A stretch of 64,000 nucleotides of DNA, taken from positions 64,001 through 128,000 of the IMG/VR virus record IMGVR_UViG_3300027791_000007; one strand, given 5' to 3'. This DNA is from a virus. Numbering within the stretch: position 1 is the first letter of the stretch; each line of letters opens with the position of its first letter. A program made the translations under genes and the position numbers. The notes under the pieces were generated by a model. It ran no database searches. It was not told the origin of the DNA and was given only the letters and a program-made list of their open reading frames with translations. Below, in pieces: positions 27,067 through 37,333 of the stretch.

Positions 27067-29549
27067 AGAAAATCCATTAAGTTACCTTGTTGGCCATATG
27101 TGCGATCCACTGTCCATTTAAGTTTGGACACAATAAAGTTTAGTGGTTCAACAAATGACTTTTCAAATTGTTGTTCATAATCAATCATACTCTGTAATCC
27201 AAACTCATCAGGCATTTTTGTAATGAATGAAATAGAACTTGATTGGTGAGCATTTGGTATTCGTAAGTGCAAGAATTTAATCTTATCCCCTTCTTGAATG
27301 TATGGGTATTTGTTTACTAGTTTCTTTTGTTTGAGAAGATGGTTGTATAGAATTGCTCCCTTACAATGAATAGGGGCTCCTTTAGCAAATAGGGAACTAG
27401 GATCACTCCATTTCGTCAAACCGTTTACACTTCTAGGATATGCAATCATCTCTGCTGGCATGTTCATAAACTCTTCTCTAAAGTCTCGTATAAACTTATT
27501 TAGCATTTTCTCATCACCACTCATGATGATTTTCAAACCTTCTTTAATTTTGTTTCTACAAGGTTCTGGCGTAGAAGATTTTACTGCTTCAATACCCATA
27601 ATCTTTAGTTTAGGTTCTTGATAACGAACACCCTCATTATCCCACACATTAAGAATATATCGTTTCTTAGCAGTCCATATACCCTTGTCAGCGATGACTT
27701 CTCTTGACATCTCCATCTTCTGTTGGTATGCTTTCATGTAAGTAGCGAGTTCTTCATAACATGAACTGATATATGGTTCTATCTTATCCTTTGCAATGCT
27801 GTCTAGAAAATCAATTGGACTAGATGGATTAAACTTTTCTACCAAAGAACCGAATGTAACATAGATGGAATCTGTATCAGAAGCAACCACATAATCTTGA
27901 TTATCAGTTTTGAGTAAATTGTTCATATAACTATTAATCTTGTTTTCAATCCAACGAATAGATAATTGTCCAGAAGTTGTAACAGCCTCTGCCATTGCAA
28001 GGGAGTAGTATCTGAAATACTGATTACCGATAGCACCATAAGCACTGTTCAATGCAATCTTTCTTGCCATCTGAATATTATCATACTTAGAAATCTTTTT
28101 AAGTAGTTTTGGTTCTTTGGTATCTTCATATTCTTGTTTTGCCTGTAACATCTTCTTCTTGAATACGACACGATCATTGTACATGTTTTCCATCAACTCT
28201 GGAAGAAAACCTTTTGTATCTGTTCTGAACAATGCACCGTTTGGTGTCATAGTGGTATCTTTGAAAATAGATGTATCAACTTCCTTGTTTAGAAGTTTGT
28301 CCACCTTCATACCTTTTACCGTATCCAGAGATTTTAATGTTTCTGGGGAAATATTATATTGCATCATTAAGTGTGGATACAAAGAGTTCAAGTCAAAAGA
28401 CATAATCCATTTATGTTCACCGACTATAGGGTCTTTGACATATGCACCCTCAAACTTCTCTGCCTTTTCTGAATGACGTTTCTGTGGAATTACAATATTC
28501 TTTTTCTTTAGATAATTGTAAATCAGAACATCCCAATATTTAACCGAACCAAGAACATCCATGTAATTAACTTTGGCTTCATATGCCATAGTCAAACACA
28601 ATTCAATAAGTCTCATCTTATCTTCAATACGATCAACTAGTTCCACATCAAGAATGTTATAGTCAATAAAAGATTGAAAGTCTTTTGTATACCACTCACT
28701 GAAAGTTTCATATGGATTTGTATCTTTCTTTTGTCCAAGTTCTACATATGCGATATGAGTAAGTGCATATGACTCTTGACTTGTGTATGTAAACTTGTGA
28801 TATAAGTCCAAGTAATCCAAGTGAGCAACACCTCTAATATCGTAGAGTTGATGATTCCTACCATTTCTGAAAACTTCTTTATCTTGAACCATACGCCATG
28901 GTGATAATCTTTTTAGTTCATCCTCACCAAACAAGTTCTTCATACGATTACATAGATAAGGAATATCAAAAAATTCTGTATTCCAACCAGTGATAATATC
29001 TGGTGGGCTGTTTTCCCAAAAGATAAGAAACTCTTTAAGTAAATGTATTTCACTCTCACATTCAATGTAAGTTACATCGTCACGACTATTAGTATATTTA
29101 CCAACACCCCAAACAATAATTTGTTTGTTAGAATGGTTCTTTAAAGTAATTGATAGAAAAGGTTCTGCAGCCTCTTGTGGATTAGGAAACCCATTCTCAC
29201 ATTTAACCTCAATGTCAATAGTGTATATTAGAATCTGATCTAAATCCCAATTGACATCATTAGGATATTCTTCTGAAAGATAAGTATATGGATATTGGTT
29301 TAACCCCAATACCAACGATTTTTGATTCTCGTATGATTTTTGCCACTCTTTCGCATCTTTGATATTATCAAATTTGATTGGGGCAGCATTCTTGCCAGTA
29401 AGAGTTTTGAAACCGCTTACCTTTTCGCAGGGCGTGTACAAAGTTGGTTGGTATTTAACCTTACGAACTTGTCGTTTGCCGTTTACAACTTCTCTTAGAA
29501 AAAGTTGGTTTCCCCACTGTAAAATATTTGTGTAAAAGTTTATCATCAT
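27063..29549 (-). CDS. gp43: Family B DNA polymerase gp43
   Basis: DIEV exo I, GWNTEFFDIPY, SFDLNSLYP, KIALNSAYG, SDTDS, KKRY. Confidence 0.98.
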   Translation of the reverse strand: MMINFYTNILQWGNQLFLREVVNGKRQVRKVKYQPTLYTPCEKVSGFKTLTGKNAAPIKFDNIKDAKEWQKSYENQKSLVLGLNQYPYTYLSEEYPNDVNWDLDQILIYTIDIEVKCENGFPNPQEAAEPFLSITLKNHSNKQIIVWGVGKYTNSRDDVTYIECESEIHLLKEFLIFWENSPPDIITGWNTEFFDIPYLCNRMKNLFGEDELKRLSPWRMVQDKEVFRNGRNHQLYDIRGVAHLDYLDLYHKFTYTSQESYALTHIAYVELGQKKDTNPYETFSEWYTKDFQSFIDYNILDVELVDRIEDKMRLIELCLTMAYEAKVNYMDVLGSVKYWDVLIYNYLKKKNIVIPQKRHSEKAEKFEGAYVKDPIVGEHKWIMSFDLNSLYPHLMMQYNISPETLKSLDTVKGMKVDKLLNKEVDTSIFKDTTMTPNGALFRTDTKGFLPELMENMYNDRVVFKKKMLQAKQEYEDTKEPKLLKKISKYDNIQMARKIALNSAYGAIGNQYFRYYSLAMAEAVTTSGQLSIRWIENKINSYMNNLLKTDNQDYVVASDTDSIYVTFGSLVEKFNPSSPIDFLDSIAKDKIEPYISSCYEELATYMKAYQQKMEMSREVIADKGIWTAKKRYILNVWDNEGVRYQEPKLKIMGIEAVKSSTPEPCRNKIKEGLKIIMSGDEKMLNKFIRDFREEFMNMPAEMIAYPRSVNGLTKWSDPSSLFAKGAPIHCKGAILYNHLLKQKKLVNKYPYIQEGDKIKFLHLRIPNAHQSSSISFITKMPDEFGLQSMIDYEQQFEKSFVEPLNFIVSKLKWTVDRTYGQQGNLMDFL

Positions 29550-29554
29550 GTTCC

Positions 29555-29583
29555 ATTGTATAGTAAATTGTTGGCATTGTCAA
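29555..29583 (-). promoter_or_regulatory. Sigma70-type promoter TTGACA-17-TACAAT
   Basis: Directly upstream of gp43. Confidence 0.75.
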
Positions 29584-29588
29584 GTCTT

Positions 29589-29837
29589 TTATTCAAATAA
29601 TTCTATTTGTTTTTTCTTGTTAACTGGTTTCATTGGGAAATAAATATTAATCATTTCTAGTCTATCATGTGCGGCAGATAGTTTATCTAGTTCAGCCATA
29701 ACTGCTTCTGTTACATCTGAATGCTCTCCAATTCCTGCCGGCATTGTTTGATACACTGCAATATTTGCCTTGTGAACTTCAATTTGTCCTTCTGCATGTT
29801 TTTTTGCAGCAAAAATAATTTGTTCGCCTACTTTCAT
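29589..29837 (-). CDS. Conserved small T4-like marine phage protein
   Basis: HAEGQI..HKANI.VY...PAGIGEHSD motif. Confidence 0.7.
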   Translation of the reverse strand: MKVGEQIIFAAKKHAEGQIEVHKANIAVYQTMPAGIGEHSDVTEAVMAELDKLSAAHDRLEMINIYFPMKPVNKKKQIELFE

Positions 29838-31306
29838 TTTGTACTCCTTTTATTGAGTTTTTGGGGTAAATCGTCCTCATCTGTTTTATCGCCTCTTTCA
29901 ATCCAATCGGATAGAACGAATCTCCTATTTGGATTGACACTTACTTGAAACAAAGTCATAATATCTCTGTTAGCAAGAAAAGTACTTCTTGAATCTTTTT
30001 CAGTAAGTCCTATTGGTACATCTAAATATTTTCTATTATTAAATGTTATGTTTACGTTAACAATAGGTCTTTCATCTATTTTTCCAACATGTTCTGGTTT
30101 GGAAACACCTTGTAAGGCACTTGTAAATTTCTTTCCGTCTTTTTCCCACTTAACTGTTCTGCCGTTAATATCTACTTTGTCAACAACAAACATTGATGCA
30201 TGTGTTCCATTTCCAGTATCGAACTTTGCTCTTAGTGGGCCGTAACCATCTATTTCAATTCTTTCTACATATCCAGATTCAGTAGGAAATGAATGTCTAC
30301 GATTATTTGGTATCATAATAAACTCTAATAACTTTTCTACAATCTTAGATGGATTTGCATCACCAATATATGCATTGTTGTCTGATTCTGTATCAGTAGC
30401 ATCATACAATGCAAAATTAGAACCAATACCAGCAGAACCATTACACTCTAAAACGTAAACATCTCCACTTACAATAGCATGGTCAACACCAACAACATAT
30501 GCACCAACTGAACGAGATGCCCTTAGAATCACTTCTCTTTCTCTATCATTCAATTTATATGGTTCTGTTGTAGCACCTCTATGTCTATTAGACCTAAAAT
30601 CTTTCTTTGCAGAAATCCTCTTTGTTGATGCTAGTATTTTACCACCAACTACAATTGTTCTTATATCACTATCGAATTTAAAATATTCTTGAATTAAAAG
30701 TTCAGCACCAAATTTCCATAATGACTGAACATTAGAAACTAAACTCTCGTAATCTTTAGCAATAGAAACACCAATACCTTGTGTACCAGTAATTGTTTTA
30801 ATGATAACTGGAAACTTACCACCAATTCTTTTTAATCCATCTTCTAGAGACTTTTCATTTGAAACTATTGATGTTCTAGGAGTCGGTATACTGTTTCTTT
30901 CAAAAGATAAGAACGCTGACATTTTATTATCACATGTCAACATACCTTCTCTATTGTTAATCATAAACGAACCAGACTTCTCAAAAGATGTTAGTAGTGC
31001 GAGTCCGATTTCATCTTCTAAAACTCCAGCACGAACAAAACACACAGTCTTTCTAGTGTTAAATTCTACATCATTATCGTTACCATCAAAATTAGATACT
31101 GTTATTATTCCAGTTTCTAAATCATTAGCAGCGATCCATGCATCTCTAACATTAATGATGTGACATTTAATATTACGTTTTTCGCAAGCTTTCTGTAAAA
31201 GATTGCTTACTAGTTCTGGTTTTTTAGATTTAACTTTGGTTAGAATTGCTACTTCAATATCAGTGTCAACTTTGGCCTCAGTAAAAAAATCGGCAAATTT
31301 TTCCAT
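29834..31306 (-). CDS. RimK-family ATP-grasp ligase fused to RimK-associated retropepsin-like (DTG) protease
   Basis: DNKM, PVIIKTITGTQGIGV, IQEY, DIR, DFRSN, GVD, LECNGSAG; C-terminal RAKFDTGN...ERP.V. Confidence 0.9.
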   Translation of the reverse strand: MEKFADFFTEAKVDTDIEVAILTKVKSKKPELVSNLLQKACEKRNIKCHIINVRDAWIAANDLETGIITVSNFDGNDNDVEFNTRKTVCFVRAGVLEDEIGLALLTSFEKSGSFMINNREGMLTCDNKMSAFLSFERNSIPTPRTSIVSNEKSLEDGLKRIGGKFPVIIKTITGTQGIGVSIAKDYESLVSNVQSLWKFGAELLIQEYFKFDSDIRTIVVGGKILASTKRISAKKDFRSNRHRGATTEPYKLNDREREVILRASRSVGAYVVGVDHAIVSGDVYVLECNGSAGIGSNFALYDATDTESDNNAYIGDANPSKIVEKLLEFIMIPNNRRHSFPTESGYVERIEIDGYGPLRAKFDTGNGTHASMFVVDKVDINGRTVKWEKDGKKFTSALQGVSKPEHVGKIDERPIVNVNITFNNRKYLDVPIGLTEKDSRSTFLANRDIMTLFQVSVNPNRRFVLSDWIERGDKTDEDDLPQKLNKRSTK

Positions 31307-31323
31307 ACACCATCTCCAAGGCT

Positions 31324-31755
31324 TTATATTTCTTTAGTTTCTTCTTTTTTCTTTCCAATATTATATTTTGTCTCTAAAACCCACTCATTCTTTTCTTTGA
31401 ATGAAATGATTTTGATTTGACTCAATGGTGTTATTGGTTCAGCCTCACCCTTTAGTGTTACCAGACCCCAATCACTTAATAGTTTACCGATTGTATTACG
31501 TCTTGCAACATCATTCTCACTTAAATTAGTTTCCTTACCATCTAGGGCAAAGAGTTCTTTAAAGTGAACTAAGTAATATTTACCTTGTTTATGTAGTATG
31601 TGGCAAGATTGATAGAGTTTCCTATCTTTTCTACTTGCAACACCAATTCTGGATAATGTCTCTCTCACTTTTAGAAAATCATCCGGCTCTTTTAAGACGA
31701 TTTCTAACATATCGTCTTGCTTCCAATTCAGTTTAACCTCTTCCATTTTTTCCAC
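31324..31755 (-). CDS. regA: Translational repressor RegA
   Basis: PDDFLKVRETLSRIGVAS...LYQSCHILHKQGKYYLVHFKELF. Confidence 0.97.
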   Translation of the reverse strand: MEKMEEVKLNWKQDDMLEIVLKEPDDFLKVRETLSRIGVASRKDRKLYQSCHILHKQGKYYLVHFKELFALDGKETNLSENDVARRNTIGKLLSDWGLVTLKGEAEPITPLSQIKIISFKEKNEWVLETKYNIGKKKEETKEI

Positions 31756-32125
31756 CTTTATTCAAACTATCTTTAATAGTCTTTATCTGTTCATCATTAA
31801 GTATACTTAGAGCGGACTTTGCCTTTTCATTACTATATCCATAATACTCTTTTACATACTCTAGATCTTTAAGTTTACTTGCTTTCAACCAAGGATTAAA
31901 TCGTTTCCTTGGTCTTAGACTATTTAGTAAAAAGTCAAACTGCAACTTATTGTCTAGGTGATGTTGACGGTTCATCTCATTTGCGAGATGTATGGTTTCT
32001 TGGTCTAATAAACATTTATTTATAATGAATGGTGCATACTTCTTTTCCCAAGTTTCGTCACCACTATCCATAAGACGTTCTTTAGTATAGTTTATAGCAT
32101 TTAGGTATTCTTTCAATTCATACAT
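31733..32125 (-). CDS. gp62: Clamp loader small subunit gp62
   Basis: YAPFIINKCL, ANEMN, YYGYSNEKAK; upstream of regA. Confidence 0.93.
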   Translation of the reverse strand: MYELKEYLNAINYTKERLMDSGDETWEKKYAPFIINKCLLDQETIHLANEMNRQHHLDNKLQFDFLLNSLRPRKRFNPWLKASKLKDLEYVKEYYGYSNEKAKSALSILNDEQIKTIKDSLNKGGKNGRG

Positions 32126-32127
32126 GA

Positions 32128-32715
32128 CTAATCTCTATAATCATCTAGACGGTTTGGATTAGTTATTTCTCCACCCATGTCCATTGTTTTAAATACAATA
32201 CAAGTCCTTAGTTTATGGCACATCCTTGAAACAGGCAAAGCACCATGTGTAGTTTTCGCTGGGAAACAAATTAATCTATTACCCACATATTCTGCAACTT
32301 CATTACCCACGATTGTTCCACCCATGAAATCTTTTTCCCAATCCATTCTAGGATAATATATCAAGGTATAATCACCGTCATCTTTGTGTGTTAGTGGTTC
32401 TATACCATGAGTGTGGGCATTTAGGTAAACTCTTACCCATTCTAGTTTCAATTCAATCTTTCGCATGGCTGCATCCCAGATAGGTAAAAGCCAATCCATA
32501 TTTGCTGAAAGTACCTCATCACGATTATGCATACCAGCAACATGCCAGTGTTTACTTGCACCACCTTTTCTAGAATTATAATCATACTTCCATGAAAGAG
32601 AATTTACTTCTTGGTCTATAAGTTCAGCGATATGTGGTTCAACCAGATTATCTACAATATTTAATTTATCATATCTCATTTGAATTTCACAGCCCCCATA
32701 ATCTCTGTTAGACAA
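32128..32715 (-). CDS. 2OG-Fe(II) oxygenase inserted between gp44 and gp62 (probable start 32679)
   Basis: HKDDG...GGT...NRLICF....HGA...LRTCIVFK. Confidence 0.85.
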   Translation of the reverse strand: MSNRDYGGCEIQMRYDKLNIVDNLVEPHIAELIDQEVNSLSWKYDYNSRKGGASKHWHVAGMHNRDEVLSANMDWLLPIWDAAMRKIELKLEWVRVYLNAHTHGIEPLTHKDDGDYTLIYYPRMDWEKDFMGGTIVGNEVAEYVGNRLICFPAKTTHGALPVSRMCHKLRTCIVFKTMDMGGEITNPNRLDDYRD

Positions 32716-33611
32716 GCCAACAAGTTAATCTCTTGATCTGCAACAAAGGCAGACTTATATTGATAATCACCTAGAATAACCACAGCATGAGGAATAGTAC
32801 TAGGATTAAGATAATCGTATAGCGCATCGTAAACCCTACGATAAATCCTAATAGGGTCATTATCGAGATTAGCAACAATCCATTTTCTGACATTTGTAAA
32901 TTCCTTTCCTTTTAGTGATGACATCAAGTCACCAATATTCTTTTCAGATATATTGACTAGAACACCAGCATCAATTTGACCAGTAACAGAGTATCTTTGA
33001 AGTTCATTTATCACTCTACGCCAGTCTGGAAAGTGTTTGTTGATTAATTCAGCAACAGCCTTAGGTTCATTTTTAATATCTTCTATTACTAGAATCTTTA
33101 GGATTCTTTCAAAGAACTGTTCTGCAAGTTTTACTTTGTCACTATTATTAATAGAGAAATCAATACCAGAACACCTTGAGTGTAACGGTTCAATTAATCT
33201 ATTCTTATAATTACAAGTAAGAATAAATCCACAGTTATTGTGAAACTCTTCCATAAACCCACGAAGGGCAGGTTGAGTTGATTGTGGATTTAGATAATCA
33301 GCCTCATCTAGAATGACGTATTTTCTACCACCCTCTAGACTTACAGTTGAAGCAAAGTTTTTGATTTTTGTTCTAAGAACATCAATACCAGATTCTTCCG
33401 AACCATTTATCAACATATAAGTAGCACCGATTTCATTTAACATCGCTTTTGCAACTGTAGTTTTACCCACACCAGCAGTACCAGATAATATTAGATTTGG
33501 TATTGATTTGTTCTTAACAAATTCTGTGAATGTATCTTGTAAACCTTTTGGTAAGATACATTCAGCAATAGTCGTTGGGCGGTATTTCTCCACCCACAAG
33601 AAGTTTTCCAT
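32676..33611 (-). CDS. gp44: Clamp loader large subunit gp44
   Basis: LWVEKYRP, GTAGVGKTT, ILDEAD, LHSRC. Confidence 0.97.
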   Translation of the reverse strand: MENFLWVEKYRPTTIAECILPKGLQDTFTEFVKNKSIPNLILSGTAGVGKTTVAKAMLNEIGATYMLINGSEESGIDVLRTKIKNFASTVSLEGGRKYVILDEADYLNPQSTQPALRGFMEEFHNNCGFILTCNYKNRLIEPLHSRCSGIDFSINNSDKVKLAEQFFERILKILVIEDIKNEPKAVAELINKHFPDWRRVINELQRYSVTGQIDAGVLVNISEKNIGDLMSSLKGKEFTNVRKWIVANLDNDPIRIYRRVYDALYDYLNPSTIPHAVVILGDYQYKSAFVADQEINLLACLTEIMGAVKFK

Positions 33612-33626
33612 AATATAATTCCTAAA

Positions 33627-34316
33627 TTAAACTTTGTAAGAGGATTCTGGTTCAAGAGCAATCCAATACTCAACTTTATTAGTTACGTTTTGAAAGTGAC
33701 TAATATTTTGAGAAGATACTGTAACATCATAGTTACCAGATAACAATTTCATATTTTCTACTTTGAAATAAAAATTATAGTCTGCACCCTCTGGAGCAGT
33801 ACAATCAACATCCATAGAATAATTGTTAGCAGTATCGTTTTTCTTATCCTTTACTGTCAATGAATTATTTTTCAACGCCATATCTGGTGAAGAAATAACT
33901 CCAGCAGCACGTTTAAGTTGATTGATTGTATCTTCTTGTAAAGAAAATGTAACATCACTTGAAGGCATAGTTATCATTTTAGTAGGACTAGTTACTACAC
34001 TAGGATCAGAATAGAAATACTTCAAAGATTTCTTTGGATTACTTTCTTCTGCCATCATTACAAACTGTTCTTGGAAATCCAAAACTGGTGTTGTAAATAA
34101 AGATAAAGCAGCAAGAAATTCATTCAAGTCATAGATTGCAACTTCTTGTGGAAATGATTGATCTACTTCTGCTTTTGCAACGATATTCTTCATCGCTGAC
34201 ATTGTTGTAAGTGTATTACCCTCTTTTATAATCAAGTTCTGATTAATAGTTGAAAAGTTTTTTAGTACACTGATAGTTTGACTACTTAGTTTCATTGGTT
34301 TCAATCTCCGTTTCAT
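33627..34316 (-). CDS. gp45: Sliding clamp gp45 (probable start 34295)
   Basis: MKLS..T..VLKNFSTINQ, IYDLNEFL, YWIALE. Confidence 0.95.
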   Translation of the reverse strand: MKRRLKPMKLSSQTISVLKNFSTINQNLIIKEGNTLTTMSAMKNIVAKAEVDQSFPQEVAIYDLNEFLAALSLFTTPVLDFQEQFVMMAEESNPKKSLKYFYSDPSVVTSPTKMITMPSSDVTFSLQEDTINQLKRAAGVISSPDMALKNNSLTVKDKKNDTANNYSMDVDCTAPEGADYNFYFKVENMKLLSGNYDVTVSSQNISHFQNVTNKVEYWIALEPESSYKV

Positions 34317-34575
34317 TAATATAAAGTGCTATTATACCATAATGTATAATTTTAAGCAAGTCATTTCGGTCTTTACCGTTCTTTTTTCCATATCGTTGTG
34401 CATACTTTAGTATGTTACCCATACAGAAACCTTCACCGTGTCCACCGTCTATAATAAACTCTGTCGCTTGGTACTTACCATCACTGTAGTGTTTATTATA
34501 AGTTTTGTCTACATAATCTTTAAGTTCATTTAATATTTTACCTTCCATAAACTTATATTCAATATTCTTTGCCAA
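34282..34575 (-). CDS. DUF3310-family protein
   Basis: HY...QATEFI...GFCMGNILKYAQRYGKK...DLLK. Confidence 0.75.
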   Translation of the reverse strand: MAKNIEYKFMEGKILNELKDYVDKTYNKHYSDGKYQATEFIIDGGHGEGFCMGNILKYAQRYGKKNGKDRNDLLKIIHYGIIALYINETEIETNETK

Positions 34576-35544
34576 CTAAGACCTCCGTAGTGTTTTAATA
34601 TATTTTGATTGATCTTCTGGACTAGTGATACCCAATTTCTTTAATGTAAGTTTATCAACTACATTAATATTTGCAGAAAATGTTCTACGTTCACCTTCAC
34701 CAAAAAATGGCATTACGGAATGTCTTAACCAATTAGGGAATATATACATAGCCCCAACTTCTGGTTTAACATATTCGTCTGTAGCAGGTCTAAGAATCTT
34801 AGTATCTGCCCTTCCATTATTACCCCATGAGAAATAAGTGAAACCATCAACACCACCAGAATTATTATTCAAGTTGACTTGATCTCCACTAACCTTTTTC
34901 TCAATCGCCTCTGGAACTTTTAGATACAGAATACACGACAACCCATAAGGTGTAGCAACACCGTGGTCGTGTAAAGGATTATAATCTCCAGAGTAACTAT
35001 GAACTGACCATGCTTCAAATGTATCTACTTCTGCATCAACTTCATGTCCATTCTTTAAATAAGTTCTTGCACACTGGTCGATAATAGTTTTTACTTGTGA
35101 TGGTATAGAAAGAGTCTCTGGTGTTTCTGGTTCATGAGTAATTGGAAAGACAAGTTGTGCTGATTTATTATCTTGTTTGATTTGTCCTACAAGTCCACCG
35201 GCCAAACTATTGTTTGCAGTTGTATTACCAGCAGTTTCACCAAATGATTCGTCTTGTGTTACAATAGTTTCATCAATGTATCTATTAATTTCAGTTATAG
35301 CATCAACTGGAATTTCTACTCGCATCATATGTAGTGCAAGTTTAGTTTTCATAGAAATTCTTAAACCAGAATTTTTCTGTGTATGTTCTTCATCAGCATC
35401 AGCCATAGCCTGTCCATCTTCAATTGCTTTTTCAGCATCTGTTTTAGGAATTGGTTCGTTTGAAGTCCAATGATTTTTGTCTGTTTTTGCGACACCACCG
35501 TCTTTGAATTGGTCTGGTGCAACATCAAATGTTTTTAAACCCAT
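34576..35544 (-). CDS. Putative 2OG-Fe(II) oxygenase (HxH type)
   Basis: WSV....GDYNPLHDH, SCILYLKVP, IFPNWLRHSVMPF..ERRTFSAN. Confidence 0.8.
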   Translation of the reverse strand: MGLKTFDVAPDQFKDGGVAKTDKNHWTSNEPIPKTDAEKAIEDGQAMADADEEHTQKNSGLRISMKTKLALHMMRVEIPVDAITEINRYIDETIVTQDESFGETAGNTTANNSLAGGLVGQIKQDNKSAQLVFPITHEPETPETLSIPSQVKTIIDQCARTYLKNGHEVDAEVDTFEAWSVHSYSGDYNPLHDHGVATPYGLSCILYLKVPEAIEKKVSGDQVNLNNNSGGVDGFTYFSWGNNGRADTKILRPATDEYVKPEVGAMYIFPNWLRHSVMPFFGEGERRTFSANINVVDKLTLKKLGITSPEDQSKYIKTLRRS

Positions 35545-35571
35545 AATATATCTCCTTGGATTAAGTGAATA

Positions 35572-35596
35572 GGGGTGGCGAATGACTCGCCACCCC
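35572..35596 (-). terminator. Strong hairpin GGGGTGGCGA/TCGCCACCCC
   Basis: Perfect 10-bp inverted repeat just after stop of 35612-35872. Confidence 0.65.
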
Positions 35597-35611
35597 AGAA
35601 ATTAATACCGA

Positions 35612-35872
35612 TTAGGCTTCGTAACCTTGAGCACCAAATAGTGCAGTTTGTCCAGCTGCAATCACAGCTTTACTTGGAGTACCAACTCGATACGAAACAC
35701 CAGCAGTTCCACGATTTTCATAAATCATCATACCTTCATTTCGTAGTTTACCAACCATCCCAGCTGGGGATGCAAGGTCAAATTTAGTTCGCAAACTTTT
35801 CCAAGTTACAGCATTGCCTTTTGCAAAAAGGTTTCGGATTTTTGCAGTCTTAGTCATTTTAGTCTTAGTCAT
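35612..35872 (-). CDS. Small basic early protein, possibly winged-helix DNA-binding
   Basis: Own sigma70 promoter and downstream hairpin; helix pattern followed by YRVGTPS. Confidence 0.6.
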   Translation of the reverse strand: MTKTKMTKTAKIRNLFAKGNAVTWKSLRTKFDLASPAGMVGKLRNEGMMIYENRGTAGVSYRVGTPSKAVIAAGQTALFGAQGYEA

Positions 35873-35920
35873 ATTGTATTATACCTTTCATAGTATATTT
35901 GGTAATTTGTTAGTATCTAT

Positions 35921-35949
35921 ATACTAACATAGATTAGAGGCATTGTCAA
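35921..35949 (-). promoter_or_regulatory. Sigma70-type promoter TTGACA-17-TAGTAT
   Basis: Consensus -35, 17-nt spacer, extended TG. Confidence 0.7.
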
Positions 35950-35974
35950 CCCCTAAAATTCTTTTATTTGGATT

Positions 35975-36047
35975 TGGAGCGGGCAGATGGAATTGAACCA
36001 CCTTCTTCAATTTGGAAATTGACATAATACCTTTATACGATGCCCGC
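35975..36047 (-). tRNA. tRNA-Gly (anticodon TCC)
   Basis: GCGGGCA/TGCCCGC acceptor stem, anticodon loop TTTCCAA, GGTTCAATTCC T-arm, T discriminator plus CCA. Confidence 0.92.
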
Positions 36048-36054
36048 ATTTTTC

Positions 36055-37233
36055 CTAGAATGATGGTTCTTCTTCATCATCACTATCCATATCAGATAAC
36101 ATATTATCCAATTCAGTTTCGTTGTTAGTAGAATCAATCTCGATTCCACTGTCAATTTTGGTGTACAAGTCCATGAAAGAGTCTTTGGTCTCTTCATCGA
36201 ATCTTGCAACACAAAGTTCGATAGACTTCATCTTGTCATTGAAAATGGCAAATGCCTTTACAATGTGGTCTAACCTTCTGGTCGAAATCACTTCATCGAC
36301 TCCACCGTCAAAGAAAGTCTTTCTGATAACCTCGGCCCACTTGACAAGATTATCTGCAAACACTTCATCAACAGTTCCATACTTTTTCATAGAACCGATA
36401 ACAATCTTCTTTTCGGTTTTTGTGGTAGCGTATGGTTGTTCAATAGTGATTGCAAATCTTTCGAGGAAGGCCTCATTCAATACGTTAGTACCAATAAATC
36501 TACCGTCATCAGAACCTTTACCTTTAGTGTTAGCAGTCGCCATCACATTAAAACCAGTTTTAGGAGTAATCCACTTGTTTACTTTTTTCAAGTAAACACC
36601 TTTACCCTCAAGAACTGGTTGGAGTGCAAGTAACTTGTTTGAACCCAAATCACACTCATCAAGCAAAAGAGTACAACCTCTTTGCATGGCCTCAATGACT
36701 GGCCCAGGAACAAACTTAGTTTCTCCATTCACCAATCTGAAACCACCAAGTAAATCATCTTCATCAGTTTCGATTGTGATGTTCACTCTGATCAATTCTT
36801 TTTTCATCTCAGCGTGAATCTGTTCAATCATCAATGTTTTACCATTACCAGATAATCCAGTAACAAATATTGGATAGAACAAACCAGACTTTACAATCTG
36901 TTTGATTGTAGTGTAATGACCCCAAGGTACGAAACCTACAAATGTCTCTGGAACTAAATTTTGTTTTTCCATATTTGTTGCAACTAAATTCATAACAGTA
37001 TTCTCCACTGGAGCAGTAGTATTAACTTGAACTGTCTCAGCAACATACAAATCTTCATTAGGAAGTTTGAACTGATTATAACCAGTTTTACACTGACCTA
37101 GAAACCAACCAGCAAGTGGTAGTTCTAGTTTTTCACAAACCTCTTTTACTTGAGTCTTGTTTAGAATAGAACCAGCACCGAATTGTTCAGATGCAGAATC
37201 TACAAACTTCTGTTTTCTTGGACTTAAATACAT
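36055..37233 (-). CDS. CobS-like MoxR-family AAA+ ATPase
   Basis: GLSGNGKT, DEDDLLGG, LLLDE, TANTKGKG, NEAFLERF, ISTRRL. Confidence 0.93.
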   Translation of the reverse strand: MYLSPRKQKFVDSASEQFGAGSILNKTQVKEVCEKLELPLAGWFLGQCKTGYNQFKLPNEDLYVAETVQVNTTAPVENTVMNLVATNMEKQNLVPETFVGFVPWGHYTTIKQIVKSGLFYPIFVTGLSGNGKTLMIEQIHAEMKKELIRVNITIETDEDDLLGGFRLVNGETKFVPGPVIEAMQRGCTLLLDECDLGSNKLLALQPVLEGKGVYLKKVNKWITPKTGFNVMATANTKGKGSDDGRFIGTNVLNEAFLERFAITIEQPYATTKTEKKIVIGSMKKYGTVDEVFADNLVKWAEVIRKTFFDGGVDEVISTRRLDHIVKAFAIFNDKMKSIELCVARFDEETKDSFMDLYTKIDSGIEIDSTNNETELDNMLSDMDSDDEEEPSF

Positions 37234-37267
37234 AATATAACCTCTTTTTCAATTTTCATCATACCTT

Positions 37268-37296
37268 AAAGTAACACATCTTTAACCCATTGTCAA
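37268..37296 (-). promoter_or_regulatory. Sigma70-type promoter TTGACA-17-TACTTT with A-rich UP element
   Basis: AAAAAAAGACTTGACA upstream element; 17-nt spacer. Confidence 0.65.
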
Positions 37297-37333
37297 GTCT
37301 TTTTTTAAGTCCTTGATTTTAAAGGGTTTTTCA

